Source: Felis catus
Lineage: Eukaryota
Assembly (NCBI RefSeq): GCF_018350175.1
Contig: NC_058368.1
Span: 207,392,001-207,456,000, forward strand
DNA: 64,000 nucleotides
Direction: 5' to 3'
The position numbers and the translations under genes are program-made. A model generated the notes under the pieces. The model did not search any database. It saw only the letters and a program-made list of their open reading frames with translations, and was not told the origin of the DNA. Positions 41,171 through 54,427 of the stretch are shown one piece after another. Within the stretch, counting starts at the first letter, position 1. Every line of letters begins with the position of its first letter.

Positions 41171-42899
41171 CCAACTTCTTGTTTTAAAGCAAAGGCTTGC
41201 CATTAAAGGATACGTGTGTCCCTGAGTGCTAGGCAGGTTTACAAGTGATAACCTAATGCAAAGGAAGAATACGTGACACAATTTCGAGCCAAAGCTCTGA
41301 TAAATAGAAAACAGAATATACTTCAAAAAATTGCAGCGCAACTGTTAGACAATTGTAATCTCACTATTAAGTCGTATTTATTTAACATGAAATGAGTAAA
41401 CAGTTACCCAGCATTAGATTCATACGAAAGCTGTCTGCAGCTGGAGATGATTTTGAACAACAGATTTTAAAGGGCACAGACATAGATCCAATAAGTGAGA
41501 CTTTATAGTCTAGCAAACCAGAAAAACTACATTGTGGAGGTGTATAAATTTATCGCTTTAAGTTAAGCCCTTTTAGGGAAGTAACAGTTCCTTTGGAACC
41601 ATATGAATTGATGATTTGTTTAGTTAATTCATTTATTTCCTTTTAAAATGTACAAACCGAGTTGCTTCTCAGACTAGCAGTGTAGGTTTATAAGAAGCAG
41701 CATATTACATTCACTGTCACTTCACAAAAATATACAGTTAAGACACCAATTATTTCTTCAGTCTTATAGAATAATAACTAGATCAAAAGTAAAACAAACA
41801 AACAAAATTATATTGTGCTTGGGTTAAAAATAGCATTTTTCTAGGCTCCTCAAAGTCCATGGTTGATGCCACCTGAGGAGCTTATCTTAAAAAAAAAAAA
41901 AAAAAAAAAGTAAATGAAATATTTAAGACTTAAACCTTTGAAAGTGTTGTCTAATGACACAACCAGGATAATTTTCTTAAGTATCTTGCTTTTATGCGGC
42001 TGGTACAAATTTGATTTTTTTGTCCTCTCTCCCAGCCCTGGAATGATTTCAATGTCAGAAGAGATGATATAAGAAAACAACCCACTAGAATATGTATGTT
42101 AGAAAACCTTCGAAGTCACTTTTGAAATCCTAGAATAAACTTTTTAAAATCTATACAGATTAAGGTGATATTTAAGGTCTTTCCTTGTGTTCTTTGATTA
42201 TTTTAATCAAGAAAGATCAGGAAGCTGTGTGTTCCTTTTGTAAGAATGCTTAGTTCTCTGAAACCCTACCATCCATTTTAATCTTATTGGTAGAGGTCAA
42301 TTAAATGACTTACCAAAGGTGGTATGGAAATTGACTCTAAAAGCTTCTTTAGATTAGGAACCTTGTTTAGTGTTTGGAATCCCATAGGAGTGGCTTTTTC
42401 CTGAAGGCTCTAGTAGATACAAGATTCTTTGAATTACTTTTCCAAACTTACTGACTGTATTTCATGATTCCTAAGGTAGATGTCTAGATGTGTTTATGGA
42501 AGGGGGACCAGTGAATGGTGATGACTCATGATTCCAACAGGCGTAATTATGGTTACATTTACTTGGATTTATATATATAATTCATGAAACAAAACCTTCC
42601 TCACCTGCTTAGACTTTATAAGCAAGAGTCTGATATTAAGTGGTCGGGTTTTTTTATTGCGATTAGAACTTATGTGCTCATCGATCTGTGCAGTGAATGG
42701 ACTGCATACAGATACTTCAATACATTAGAATCATTTATTGTTTGATGTATTTGTTTCAATTGTGCAGTAAGTAAAATCCCAAATCTGTTTCATTTAGCAT
42801 GACTTAATATGCTACCTAGAATATTTCCATCCTTCAGTTTAATTTTAAAATGCATTTATTTATTGTCACATACTTTTCTTCTTTCACTGAAGGTTTTCA

Positions 42900-43060
42900 T
42901 TTCTTTTCATTTTCTTTTTTTTTTTTTAATATAATTTATTGTGAAAGTAGCTAACATACAGTGTATACTGTGTGCTCTTGGCTTCGGGAGTAGATTCCCA
43001 TGATTCATCGCTTACATACAACACCCAGTGGTCATCCCAACAAGTGCCCTCCTGAATGCT
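42900..43060 (-). mobile_element. Short carnivore L1 3' end
   Basis: Same L1 3' UTR sequence as 2908-3050. Confidence 0.85.
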
Positions 43061-43299
43061 TATTCGGTCTAGTGTCATTTCCCGAAAGATGAGAGAGCAA
43101 GGAGAGTGTGAACTTTGGCTCAAGGATACTTGTGAATTTTTGTCATCTTTACTCACTCTGCAGCAGCTTCTTAGAGTTTTTGTATATAAACACACAGTTT
43201 CGAAGTCTAACTATTTCAGAACCTTTTTTTGGATCCTGCCTCCTAAATTTTCAGCACTTGAGTAGTACTCGTATATCACCTCAAGAAGCAAGTAAAACA

Positions 43300-43525
43300 G
43301 GGCGCCTGGGTGGCGCAGTCGGTTAAGCGTCTGACTTCAGCCAGGTCAGGATCTCGCGGTCCGGGAGTTCGAGCCCCGCTTCAGGCCATCTGGGCTGATG
43401 GCTCAGAGCCTGGAGCCTGTTTCCGATTCTGTGTCTCCCTCTCTCTGACCCTCCCCCGTTCATGCTCTGTCTCTCTCTGTCCCAAAAATAAATAAACGTT
43501 GAAAAAAAAAATTAAAAAAAAAAAA
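43300..43525 (+). mobile_element. Young CAN-SINE
   Basis: gggcgcctgggtggcgcagtcgg head; TSD aagaagcaag(t/a)aaaaca. Confidence 0.95.
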
Positions 43526-43989
43526 AGAAGCAAGAAAAACAGTTGGTAGATTCCCCCTTCTCCCTGTACACCAGAACCTGAAATAACCTAGGCAATTCTT
43601 CTCTGTTAACCTATCTGACTTGGTCAGCAACCAAAAAGTAGGAGAGTTCCCCTGGCTTTTTAGATAGCTTTCTGGAACTTCGTAACCTTTGGTGTGTAGA
43701 GCAATGGTATCAGGAGAGGAGAGGGCTCATTATCAGGTTGCTAGTTCTATGTAAACCTGAAATTTGACAAATAAATAGAAAATCTATTTTTTAAGCGATT
43801 CTTTCTTCCTTCCTATTTAAAAGCAAACCAAGTCTTTTTTCTAAGAGAAATCAGCTAAGTTGTGAAGAACCATCCATAAAGTGATAATTGATATATCAAG
43901 CACACGGATAACAGTAAACAAAAAGTGGTTTCAAAAAAACAAAACAAAACAAAAAAAAAAATATATATATATATATATATATGCATTCT

Positions 43990-44225
43990 AGGGACGCCTG
44001 GGTGACTCAGCTAAGTATCCAACTTCGGCTCTAGGTCACGATCTCACGGTTTGTGGGTTCGAGCCCCACAACGGGCTCTGCGCTGACAGCTCAGAGCCTG
44101 GAGCCTGCTTCAGATTCTGCGTCTCCCTCTCTCTCTCTCTCTCTCTGCTACTCCCCAGCTTGTGCTTTGCCTCTCTCTCTCTCTCAAAAAAATAACTAAA
44201 CATTAAAAAAAATTAAAAATATAAA
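43990..44225 (+). mobile_element. CAN-SINE preceded by (AT)n
   Basis: SINEC body, (CT)n, A tail. Confidence 0.93.
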
Positions 44226-45878
44226 AATATATATTCTTAACCATGAGGGTTAGCAGGGCCACCATCATTCTTAGAAATGAAGCTCAGCTGCCCTGTTGAC
44301 TATGGATATCTTGCCCAACTGGAGGAGATCATATCAGATGTGGAAATGTGAGCCATTCGCAAGTGTCTCATGGAAGGTTAATGCCAACTCTACGGGGAGA
44401 CTGGACACTAAAACAAAGGACACATTCTACTGAAAAGACCACCTAGAACCCAGAGATAACATATTAGGTTAAGATAACTTAAACTGATCTTGTGTTGTGT
44501 CTACATAACTAGAAGGACTTTTTGTCATGGTTTTGGTCTCTGTGTAGACACAGAAAAAGAAGTTCTGCCTGGCCATATTCAATTCCTACACACACGGCAG
44601 TTTTACTCTTCTGTGCTGATGTTATAAGGCAGCTGGAGTCTCTCTCTTTTAAACTCTTCAAAACACAGCTTGTCTCTGAAACATGAGTTGCAGAAAGGTA
44701 CAGAAACACTCAAGCAATGGCTTTGAGGATTATATAAATGTGGGCCTCTGCCTGGAAAGGAAAACCACATTGGGATTTAATATAATTCAGCCAGGCTATT
44801 AAAGAAGAAACCAAATATCAGGCAATGTTTCTTGCACTGGTTTTTGGAAGAGGAAAAGTTTAAGATTACCTGCTTGCTTTTAAAGTGCTCTGCTGTCGTA
44901 CAGCATAAAATAATTCTACTAGTGTATGTGGCTTTTCGTTCGTACTTGTGTTGCAAATGCAGATGGCTCTAAATAACATGCTTTCTTTAACTCTTCTAAC
45001 AGCCACGTAGACTTTCAGGATAACTATTGCAATGGACTGGAGTAGAAAGTGGACTGTGTGTCACAATTAAGATTTATATGTACACGTATCATAGGGGAAG
45101 GGCCCAAATGAATACACTATTGTGGCCTAAAGTCCACATGCTAGATATGTTGCACACCAACTTTGACTTAATTCAGGATTATTTCATATGGGAACAAGAA
45201 AGCACTACTTGATATTGTGTGTTCAAAGATGCAAACTAAGATTCTTTTATATGATTTAGTTTAAAATGAGTGTGGAGCTAGAAAGAGGAGTTCGTTTGGG
45301 GAGCTACCCTAGCCTGGGAAGAATAGGCATGAAAAGAGTGAAATATTTGCTGGTCAGTTTGGGTGAGTATATATATCTGAGGAGAGACTGTTGGAGAAAG
45401 TATGAATAGTGTCAGTGTATTGGCTTGGGAATCAAATGGCGCAATGACAGTCCTTTTCCCTCGCCCTGATTCATTAGCTTTTTGACTACCTTTTCCTGCA
45501 AGGGTCAAGCATAATATCCGTTATACATTTAAATGCCAAATTCAAAGTAAAATCCATAGGTTTGCTGTGCTTTTGTACCAGTTCCATAATGCTTCTCCTC
45601 AAATCACCAGCCCAAAGGCCCTGCAATAGAAAATCTAGAGGCTTCCATGTTAGTAGTGCTATTTTTTTTTAATTGAAAACCCTAAAATTGTTCCCGTAAA
45701 TTGCTCATTCTTTAGAACACTCTCTTACCTTGGATTTAGGATAACAGGAAAACAGAATGAAATACTGTATCCTACTTTACTATTTAATAGTACACAGTAG
45801 AATTCTCCTAAATTCAAATTTTAAAACTGACTTACTCTATTCGCCCATTCCAGTCATCTATCAACACTTTAGCTTTTA

Positions 45879-46109
45879 TTTTTTTTTTTTTTTTATTTAT
45901 TTTTTTTCAACGTTTATTTATTTTTGGGACAGAGAGAGACAGAGCATGAACGGGGGAGGGGCAGAGAGAGAGGGAGACACAGAATCGGAAACAGGCTCCA
46001 GGATCTGAGCCATCAGCCCAGAGCCTGACGCGGGGCTCGAATTCACGGACCGCGAGATCGTGACCTGGCTGAAGTCGGACGCTTAACCGACTGCGCCACC
46101 CAGGCGCCC
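45879..46109 (-). mobile_element. Very young CAN-SINE (SINEC_Fc)
   Basis: Near-identical to 40957-41170; perfect TSD caacactttagctttta at 45862-45878 and 46110-46126. Confidence 0.97.
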
Positions 46110-48261
46110 CAACACTTTAGCTTTTAAAAACCTTATTCCTTCCACATGCTTTTTTTTGGCATACTTTCTGGTTACCACCACTTCTTAACTAGAAAAGGCA
46201 AGCTGTGCAAAGACCCCTTTCTGTCACTGTCACTGTCACTGTCACTGCAGCATGGCGCCCCCTACCTTACGACAGCGCCTTGGTGCAGGCTCCTGTGCCA
46301 CCACTACAATATGCTGGGTTTTCTCCACTAAGGCAAGCGCGTGGTGACTGAAGCAGGTGCTGCCATTGCTGGCCCTGCAGTAGTGTCTCAGCACGAGTGG
46401 GTGGGGGGAGTGCTCACGAGAATCCCATCACGTCCCACACAGCTCTTTCTGCATTCCCACCAGCCACTGTACCAGTGAGGCTGCCCAAAGTTCGAAAGTA
46501 TCTTCTTGACTGGGTTAGATGGGAACCCGTACATTTCAGCCCAGGTCTTTAGTGTAGACCTCTTACTGAATACCCACTCCTCGGCCATAAAGAATTTCCC
46601 CTTAATTCCTACCCCCTACCCTCCCCACACATACACATCTGCCCCGTGTTGACTACTTCAGTCCTTTGGCCATTTCCCAGAAATGTCTTGGCTTGCCATA
46701 CAAATTTACCCACCAGATTGCCAGTTACCTTCAAGCCTAAAGCACAGGTGTATGGCCCTCCCACCCCACAAAGAGCCATATTGTTCTCTCTCCCAAAACA
46801 ATGAATTCCTAATAGCCTTTCCTCAGAATTATTGGGAATCGCTCATAGCTTATTCCATAGTGACTTGCTATCTTTCTAATAGAGCAGCAGCTAGTAAAGC
46901 AGTCCATGACGGTACTTAGTATTATAAACTGACTCAAGGATGCAGTCATCACCTTGCCAGTCTCTCTTCCCCACATGGCTCTTGAGGTATAAATACAAAT
47001 GGAACAATAGAAGATAAGAAAACAAAAAGGGGGATCAGGTCCTAGTAACCTCCATATGCAGAGCTCTGATAAATCTGGGTTGAAGTACACTGTTCACTAG
47101 ACTAGAAACCCCCCATTCTCTTTTCCATGTCAAGGTGCGTCTGCTGCATTGCACTGCCCAGCTCATCCGAGATATACAGAGCACACGTACCATGGCTGGT
47201 TGAGCCACATCCAGATAGTCACTGGTGTCAGGGGTACCATGGCAGAGCATACCCTAAATGATCCAATGCCACCAATGTAAACTAATTACAGAAATATGAT
47301 CTTCAAACCTCCAAAGTTTCAATGTCACTTCGTCCCTTTGTAGAAGTGAATTAAAGGATAAAATCGGATTCCCGTTTCTCTTCTCTGTTCGGTCTAAGCT
47401 AGAGGAGGTCATGTTCAAGAACTAGTGTGGAATGATCAGCTGGGATGTTAAAGTTGAGATGGGTATGCACTCTAATGTCAATTAATCCATCTCCAAGCTT
47501 CATTTGTCCAAGGGCACAGGAATTCCACATGGTCAAAAGGCCGCAAGGATATTCAACACCAGATTCTTTCTTAGAGTCTGAACAAATGTAAAGAGAAGTT
47601 CTAGACTCAGTGCTCTGTGCGTGTCTTTGTTCATGCAAACATACTAACTTATGCCCAGCTTTTCCAAAGGCAAGAGTATCTTGATTATGAATTTACATTT
47701 TCTTCTTTTTCTAACTCTAGAGCGTTAAGCATTCAAACTGAATAGCCATTATGCTGAAATAACTGAGTAATATGATTGTAAAGTTGAGCATAAACTTAAT
47801 ACTTCAGTTCAGCCTGTGAACAATTTCAGACATTCCTAGTGAACTGTTTGCATTGCCCAGTCTAGAGAATGGGCCCTCATCTGGATAGCATTAAGCTGTG
47901 TCTTAAGCTTAAACTCTCCTAAACACTATTATAATGACTATTTTTTAGGCTCTAGTAGAAGATATTCCTAATAAAAACTTACTTTAAAAACAAAAAAGGG
48001 TGTGGTGGGTACAAAACTTAGGAGAGGTTATAATGAGTCAAAAGTCTTGAAAGTTGCCAACTTAAGAAGTCAAACTTCCTATCAAGCTTAAAAAAAAGAA
48101 AAACATGAAAAGGCCACACACTGAATAGTAGACAATGTACTGAAATAAATCTGAATCCTTTGATCTGTGAGTTGCATCTCAAACCTAGCCAAATACTTTC
48201 TTCTAAGCAGCCAAATCAACATTAATAAGCCAGTTTGACCAATTAGGACTCCAGCTACCTA

Positions 48262-48297
<36 letters not shown>

Positions 48298-50570
48298 ATC
48301 CAGTGATAATATATGGTTAGATCACATAGAATCTTTTTTTGGTTTTGGTTCAGAAAATTTATGTGAAAACTTATGTTCAAACTATTCTGCTAAGCTGTCT
48401 TCCTGTTCTTTGCTTGATATATCTAAGTGGAAGGTACTCTTGGTTCAATCGGTATGTAATGGGCTTTGCACAGTCTTCAGAAACAGTTAAAAAACAAACA
48501 AACAAACAAAACCTGACACGTATAATCTCTAGGAATAGGACAGTAGAGCCTCATACTAGGATCTAGATTTCTCCTGGTACCAGCTCTACCCCAACCAGCT
48601 GCTTAACAATAGACAAGTTATACATTCTTTCTTGACCTCAGTTCCCTAATTTTTAATAATGAAAGGGTATGACCAAATTATTCCCTAGGTTTCTTCCAGC
48701 TGAAAATCTAACCACCTGGTATTTCTTTAAGGAGACATAGGATCATGGAAGTAGATGATGGGACCTCAAGCTTGTCAGTACATTAGAATTATCTGGAAAC
48801 CTTTAAAATATATGGGTGCCTGTGTCTCCTTCCCCAGAGATTTGGATTTAATCAATCCGGGAACAGCATGGACGTCTTTTTAAGAGGTCCCCAGTAAACG
48901 TGCCCCAGGTGATGTGAGGTAGACCTTCTAAACTACTAGTGGTAATGATGTAGACTTGGATTTGACTCAGCACCTCTGGTGATATGGAGTAGATTCAAAA
49001 GCCAGAGTTGAACGGGGGTGGCCCTCCCACTGACAAACTCTTTCACCTTTTCACCTAAGCCTTGCTAGTGAAAGTACTGCATCCCTCTATGGGTGTCCTT
49101 GCTGGCTGTTTACTTGTCGATCCTAGTTGTTCCAAAATTGTTTAAACACTTGCTGTGGAAAAGCAATGCTGGATACAACCGAAGACTCTGCAGGACACAG
49201 TATGTAAGATGTAGCTTTGATTTAAGCATGGCTACCATTTGCTGAGTGTGCTTTCTATACGGTAGGCACTGAGGTTTCTACATAAGTTCTTACTGATTTC
49301 TTGTAACAACTCTGCAAACAATATTCCCCTCATACCTAAGTGAGTATTATTAGATAAGTTGCCTCAAGCCACAGAGCTAGAAATGGTGGAAGTGTATATA
49401 AAACCCCCAAGCTGAAAGCAGCTATGCCATCACACCTCCGCCCAAAATTAACCGTATGGGGACCTCTTGGCCTGACTTGGTTCCAAAGAGAGGGAAAAGC
49501 TTCTCATTTCAATATTCTTAAGTCCTACAGCGTCCTTTCCAACGGTTAAAAGCAATGAAAAAATGGTCTCGGTAAATGCATACCTCGTGTATACTTCCTC
49601 GTGTTTGGTTACTGAGGCCTCTACAGCAGTGTCAGCACTTACAAGAAAGTCTTCTAAGGACTCCTTTTCACTGTGCATCAACATACTCTCATTTCCCCAA
49701 TTACACAAGCTGCAAAAACCTTAGCGTCTATTATACTGGGCCTTTGCAGAGCAGTGTAAGCCTTCCTGAAAGCATAGGAATCCAAGCAGTTAAAGGAGAA
49801 AGGCTTTACATCAAGGATCAGAAACAGCCTGACTTTGCTGTGTGTTTCTGGCAACATACCTTATTCTCAAAAGGCTACTTTGAAAATAATGGTGAAGGCA
49901 GCTTGCTGCCCTCTTGGACCCGGCGATCTGCCTTAGAGGTTAATATTTCACATGTGCTGATTCAGTACCTCAGCTGAGACAGGCATAAAGTTCCAAAGGA
50001 CACAGGAGCATATTTTCTGACAAGTACAAAGTACTGGATGGACACTCTAGCAAAGATGTTTATGTTTTTTTGCTCTTGACTCTTCTTAACTCTCTTTCCT
50101 GTGTCTATTTTATGTTACTGTTTCTGAAAAATTAACTGGCATGTGAAAGTCAGTGGGATTATGACTTTAAAAGCAGCTTAGGAAATACACATTAAAATCA
50201 GTATGATTTGTTTAAAAAAAAAAAAAAAAAGATAAGAGCAACCAGCATCTATAGTAGAAAAGGGAACATAGATCATGGTTCATTTTGAGCCTAGCAATTT
50301 ATTAGGGATTGATTTTGTTTTAATGAGTCCATTAACTTACCCATAAAAGAGACACATTTTGTTTCACAGAGCTGTCAGGCTAAATGTTTCAAGTGCTTGG
50401 TAGGTTAAATGTTTGTCCCATCCTCCTTATCACTAAAAACAGATTCTCAAACATTTGTGGAATGGGGCCATCATTAAGTAAGTCCTTAAATTACTCCTTT
50501 TACCAGCGTTTTGAGACTGACCCAAGCAAATTTCTCCCTGTCCTATATAATTAGGATAAGGTCACCCGGT

Positions 50571-50596
50571 GGGGGGGGGGGGGGGGGGGGGGGGGG
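50571..50596. repeat. Poly-G homopolymer (26 G)
   Basis: Read directly from sequence. Confidence 0.9.
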
Positions 50597-51968
50597 AGAC
50601 ACACTTGTGTCAGGATATTTGTGTGAACCCTGGAATCATTAAGTAGTGTCATTGCTGATACCCATGCAACCCTGCTGATGGAAAGGGTAAACAAGAATAA
50701 GGAGGCACCAGCCAGACTCCTCCCTACACAAATGCATCCCTGTACCGGGCATCCCAGGGTTCTAAATACTTGCCGTCTTGCATGAATCACTTGAAAGGCT
50801 AAACAAACTAACAGATTTTTTCTTGTGCAAGGGATATACTTGCCGTAAGATGACTCAGGCAGTCTTCTGGTATACATTTCTCAGAGCCTTCTCAGAAACT
50901 GAAAAAGATGTTGCAAGCTCCAAAAATCTCTCCGAGTCATGTGATTCTTGTGCCGTGGAAAGGGGAAGTTCTCGCATTCTCTCAGGGGGGTTTGTTTGTG
51001 TTAAGTCCAGAATCCAAGTTATGTATCTTTGCTCAAATGGAAGCTAGCACAGTTTCTTTTACGACTTTCTGTTGTATTTTAGGCCTTAACAAGGACTGAA
51101 GAATACATAATAGCTTTAGATCCTCCTCTCTTCCCAGCTGTATCTTTATTCCTCTCTTCCAGCTCCTAATAAAGGAAGCAGCCCCTCCCTAAGAATGAGA
51201 ACCAGCTAGGTTTAGATGGAGAGCTGTTCATGTGGCTTTTTGTATATGTTTTTGAGCTTTAATTTTTAATCCCTGCTTTATGATAACACCCCTTGCCTGT
51301 GTTTCCTGATTAGTTTTGTGCTTTTTGGTCAGAAGACTTTCTGGGACTAAACCCAATGAATCAGAAGACTATGGGCTTTCTCCGTGTCTTGTATCTGCTT
51401 GTTCCCCTTTATGAAAACCTTTTACTTTGCTAGAGCTCAAAACAGAACACACAGATTAATGCGATCTAGACAGTTCTGTTTTAAACAATGCCCTAGCTTG
51501 GGAAAGTAATCAAAGAAAATACTAGGGCACCTTTTGGCCCTCAGATCCCTTTTCCAGCCCCATTCCTTTTCCAAAACCAATTCATTATAAAACCTGCTGG
51601 AGGTTTTCTGAGAACAATGGGCAATTCTGTAACAACGTTAGAAGGATTATTATGCATTTGAGTTGAAAATGTTTAAGTTGCTTATTCTCTCCGGGGGGAC
51701 CTGAGTCTAGAAGCAAGACTTCTTCCATCTACTGCTTGTCGAATGGTAGATTGGACATTCAGAAAGACTGTAATGGGGGGTTTGCTCTTTAGACCTTGGG
51801 AGAAAGGTAAATGCTTATCATTCTGGTATATGTGATACTGGATAGATGCTTTTATGAAAATATTTTCAAAAACCTCTCACATTTCTTCATGAAAGAGTTT
51901 ATCTGTGAATCTTGGGGCATTGGGGCAGAGTCTACTCGCTGATCATTTCAGGGAACATGGATACATTT

Positions 51969-52178
51969 TATTAATTTTTTTTAAGTCTATTTATTTATTT
52001 TGAGAAAGAGAGAGAGCAAGCACACGTGAGTGGCGGAGAGGCAGAGAGAGAGAGGAACAGAGAGAATCCTGAGAAGACTCCGTGCTGACACGGGCTTGAT
52101 TTCACAAACCATGAAGTCATGACCTGAGCTGGTTATCAAGAGTCCAGTGTTTAACCTATGGAGCCACCCAAGCACCCA
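51969..52178 (-). mobile_element. Older CAN-SINE
   Basis: Flanked by aacatggatacattt at 51954-51968 and 52179-52193. Confidence 0.92.
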
Positions 52179-52193
52179 AACATGGATACATTT

Positions 52194-52409
52194 CAAAAAT
52201 TGTTTTATGTTTATTTTTGAGAGAAAGAGAGAGACAGGGTGTGAATGGGGGAGGGGCAGAAAGGGAGGGAGACACAGAATCCGAAGCAGGCTCCAGGCTC
52301 CTGGAGCTGTCAGCACAGAGCCCCACATGGGGTTCAAACCCACAAACCTCGAGATTATGACCTGAGGGGAAGTCAGATGCTTAACCGACTGAGCCACCCA
52401 GGCGCCCCC
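52194..52409 (-). mobile_element. CAN-SINE
   Basis: Flanked by aacatggatacattt at 52179-52193 and 52411-52425. Confidence 0.95.
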
Positions 52410-52702
52410 AAACATGGATACATTTTAAATGGCATGGCCTGCAATGCAGACCTATGTTTGCATTGTTATTGTAACATTATATACCTTTTCTTCAGGGAAT
52501 TTATGCTAAAAATTTTTTTCCTCCCTATTATGTTTTTCTAACTTGCCCCTTGCTCATTCCTAAACAGTGGAAGGATATATTTAAAAGATACCAACTGCCT
52601 TTAAAACAATTCCAATGCTGTGAGAAGTTGTATTTAAATGTCTGAAAAGAGAAGTTTTTGCTATAAAACCAGGGTAGTACCTTTCACTTTAGAACCCTTC
52701 CA

Positions 52703-52913
52703 GGGATATCCGGGTGGCTCAGTCGGTTAAGCATCTGACTTTGGCTCAGGACGTGATCTCGGTTTGTGGGTTCGAGCTCATCATCAGGCTCTGTGCAGAC
52801 AGCTCAAAGCCTGGAGCTTGCTTCAGATTCTGTGTCTCCCCCTCTTTCTGCCCCTCCTCTGCTCACCCCTTGTCTCTCTCTCTCTCAAAATTAAATAAAT
52901 ATTAAAAAATTTT
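52703..52913 (+). mobile_element. CAN-SINE
   Basis: TSD tttagaacccttcca on both sides. Confidence 0.93.
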
Positions 52914-53088
52914 TTTAGAACCCTTCCATTTTGGCCCAGTCTGCCAACACTAGATTGGCCCGTTCTTGAGCTGTGAGGTTGTGGCACAATCACCTTTGTG
53001 ACTAAACTGCACACCACCATTCCTTCTCCCAAGCCCCTCAAAGTGTTTTGTCGCACTTCTCAAATTCCTTTAAAATATTCTCATTTTA

Positions 53089-53290
53089 GGGGCGCCTGGG
53101 TGGCTCAGTCGGTTGGGCGTCCGACTTCGGCTCAGGTCATGATCTCGCAGCTTGTGAGTTCAAGCCCCGCGTCGGGCTCTGTGCTGGCAGCTAAGAGCCT
53201 GGAGCTTGTTTCAGAAGCTGTGTCTCCCTCTCTCTGCCCTTCCCAGCTCACTCTCTCTTTCTCTCTCCAAAATAAATAAACATTAAAAAT
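53089..53290 (+). mobile_element. CAN-SINE
   Basis: ggggcgcctgggtggctcagtcgg head; TSD aaatattctca(t/c)ttta. Confidence 0.95.
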
Positions 53291-54427
53291 TTAAATATTC
53301 TCACTTTAGAATAAAATTTGCCAAATTTAATAACCTAAATGTTTTATTATCAGAAATAATATCTTACAAAAAAGTACGATATTGGGCTCCAAAGATGGCC
53401 AACGAACTCTTTTACCCAGATTATTTTAAGCTGAACTGGAGGGAAAGTGGGGAGGCTTCAGGAAGAGGTCTTACCTACTGTCTTCAGGGACAAATAGGTA
53501 ACTGGGATGGGCTGGATGTGGGGGAGAGGGGCGTTTGGCATATTTGAAAAGGTAAGGGATCCAAAAGCAAATAATACTCTAAAAGAAATGAGACATATGG
53601 ACTGCTATACAAAAATGAAAATAAAGGAGATTGAAGATAAGAAGGGGCAAAATATTTAAGAGTCTCACAAACAAAACAAAAGCATCTAAGTCTTTGTGGT
53701 AAATGCAAGGGGAACCCCAAGACCAAGCAGGAAAGCTTCCAATGTTATTCTAAAATTTAGAACTTCGTTACTTAAAAAAAAAAAACCAAATCCAGATCAC
53801 CCCAATAGCCATGGGGTGGAGCACCCCATGGTGCTAGTCATGGACTGGAGCCATGGACTAGCCAAACACTAGCCATGGACTGGAGCACCAAGGTTGTCAT
53901 GGGAGCGAAAAGTAGGGAGAGAAAAGGCTCAGAAAAAGGTAGAGGTATCTGATATATGCAATCAGATACCCCCAAAGGCTGAACAGCAAAGTGATTGGAT
54001 TTGGTCAGGAGACCCATCAGCAGCTGAAGTTGAGATTCTGAGAGTAGAGTTGAGATGAACAGTCCTTTGAGAGAAAGGGAAGAAAAAGAAGAGGGTAGGA
54101 GACTATCAAGTTGAAATGTTTAATCATGAAAGGGTCACGAGATGATGACTGGAGGACTTACAGGGTGCTTATTTCTAAGATAAGATCTGAGCAACTTATA
54201 AAGGAAAGAGCCTGTCCCTGTATCTCCTTAGGTCAGAGTGTAGTCTCACCTCCTGATGTAAATATGGGCAAATATCCTCTTGAATTGGAATAAATTCTCT
54301 GAAGTTAAGGAAATAACTATCAGTTTCCTGGAATTGGAAGAGTGTGTACATGACTAGGAGATTTATCGTGCCACCAGGAGACAAATCTTGGGAACCACTG
54401 AAACCAGTCAAGGCACACAAAATAGAG

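Noticed and set aside
1760..50860. Scattered TGA(G/C)TCA AP-1 motifs (for example about 1761, 29380, 40612, 48033 and 50851)
   Set aside because: A 7-mer is expected several times by chance in 64 kb; no clustering that I can support without chromatin data.
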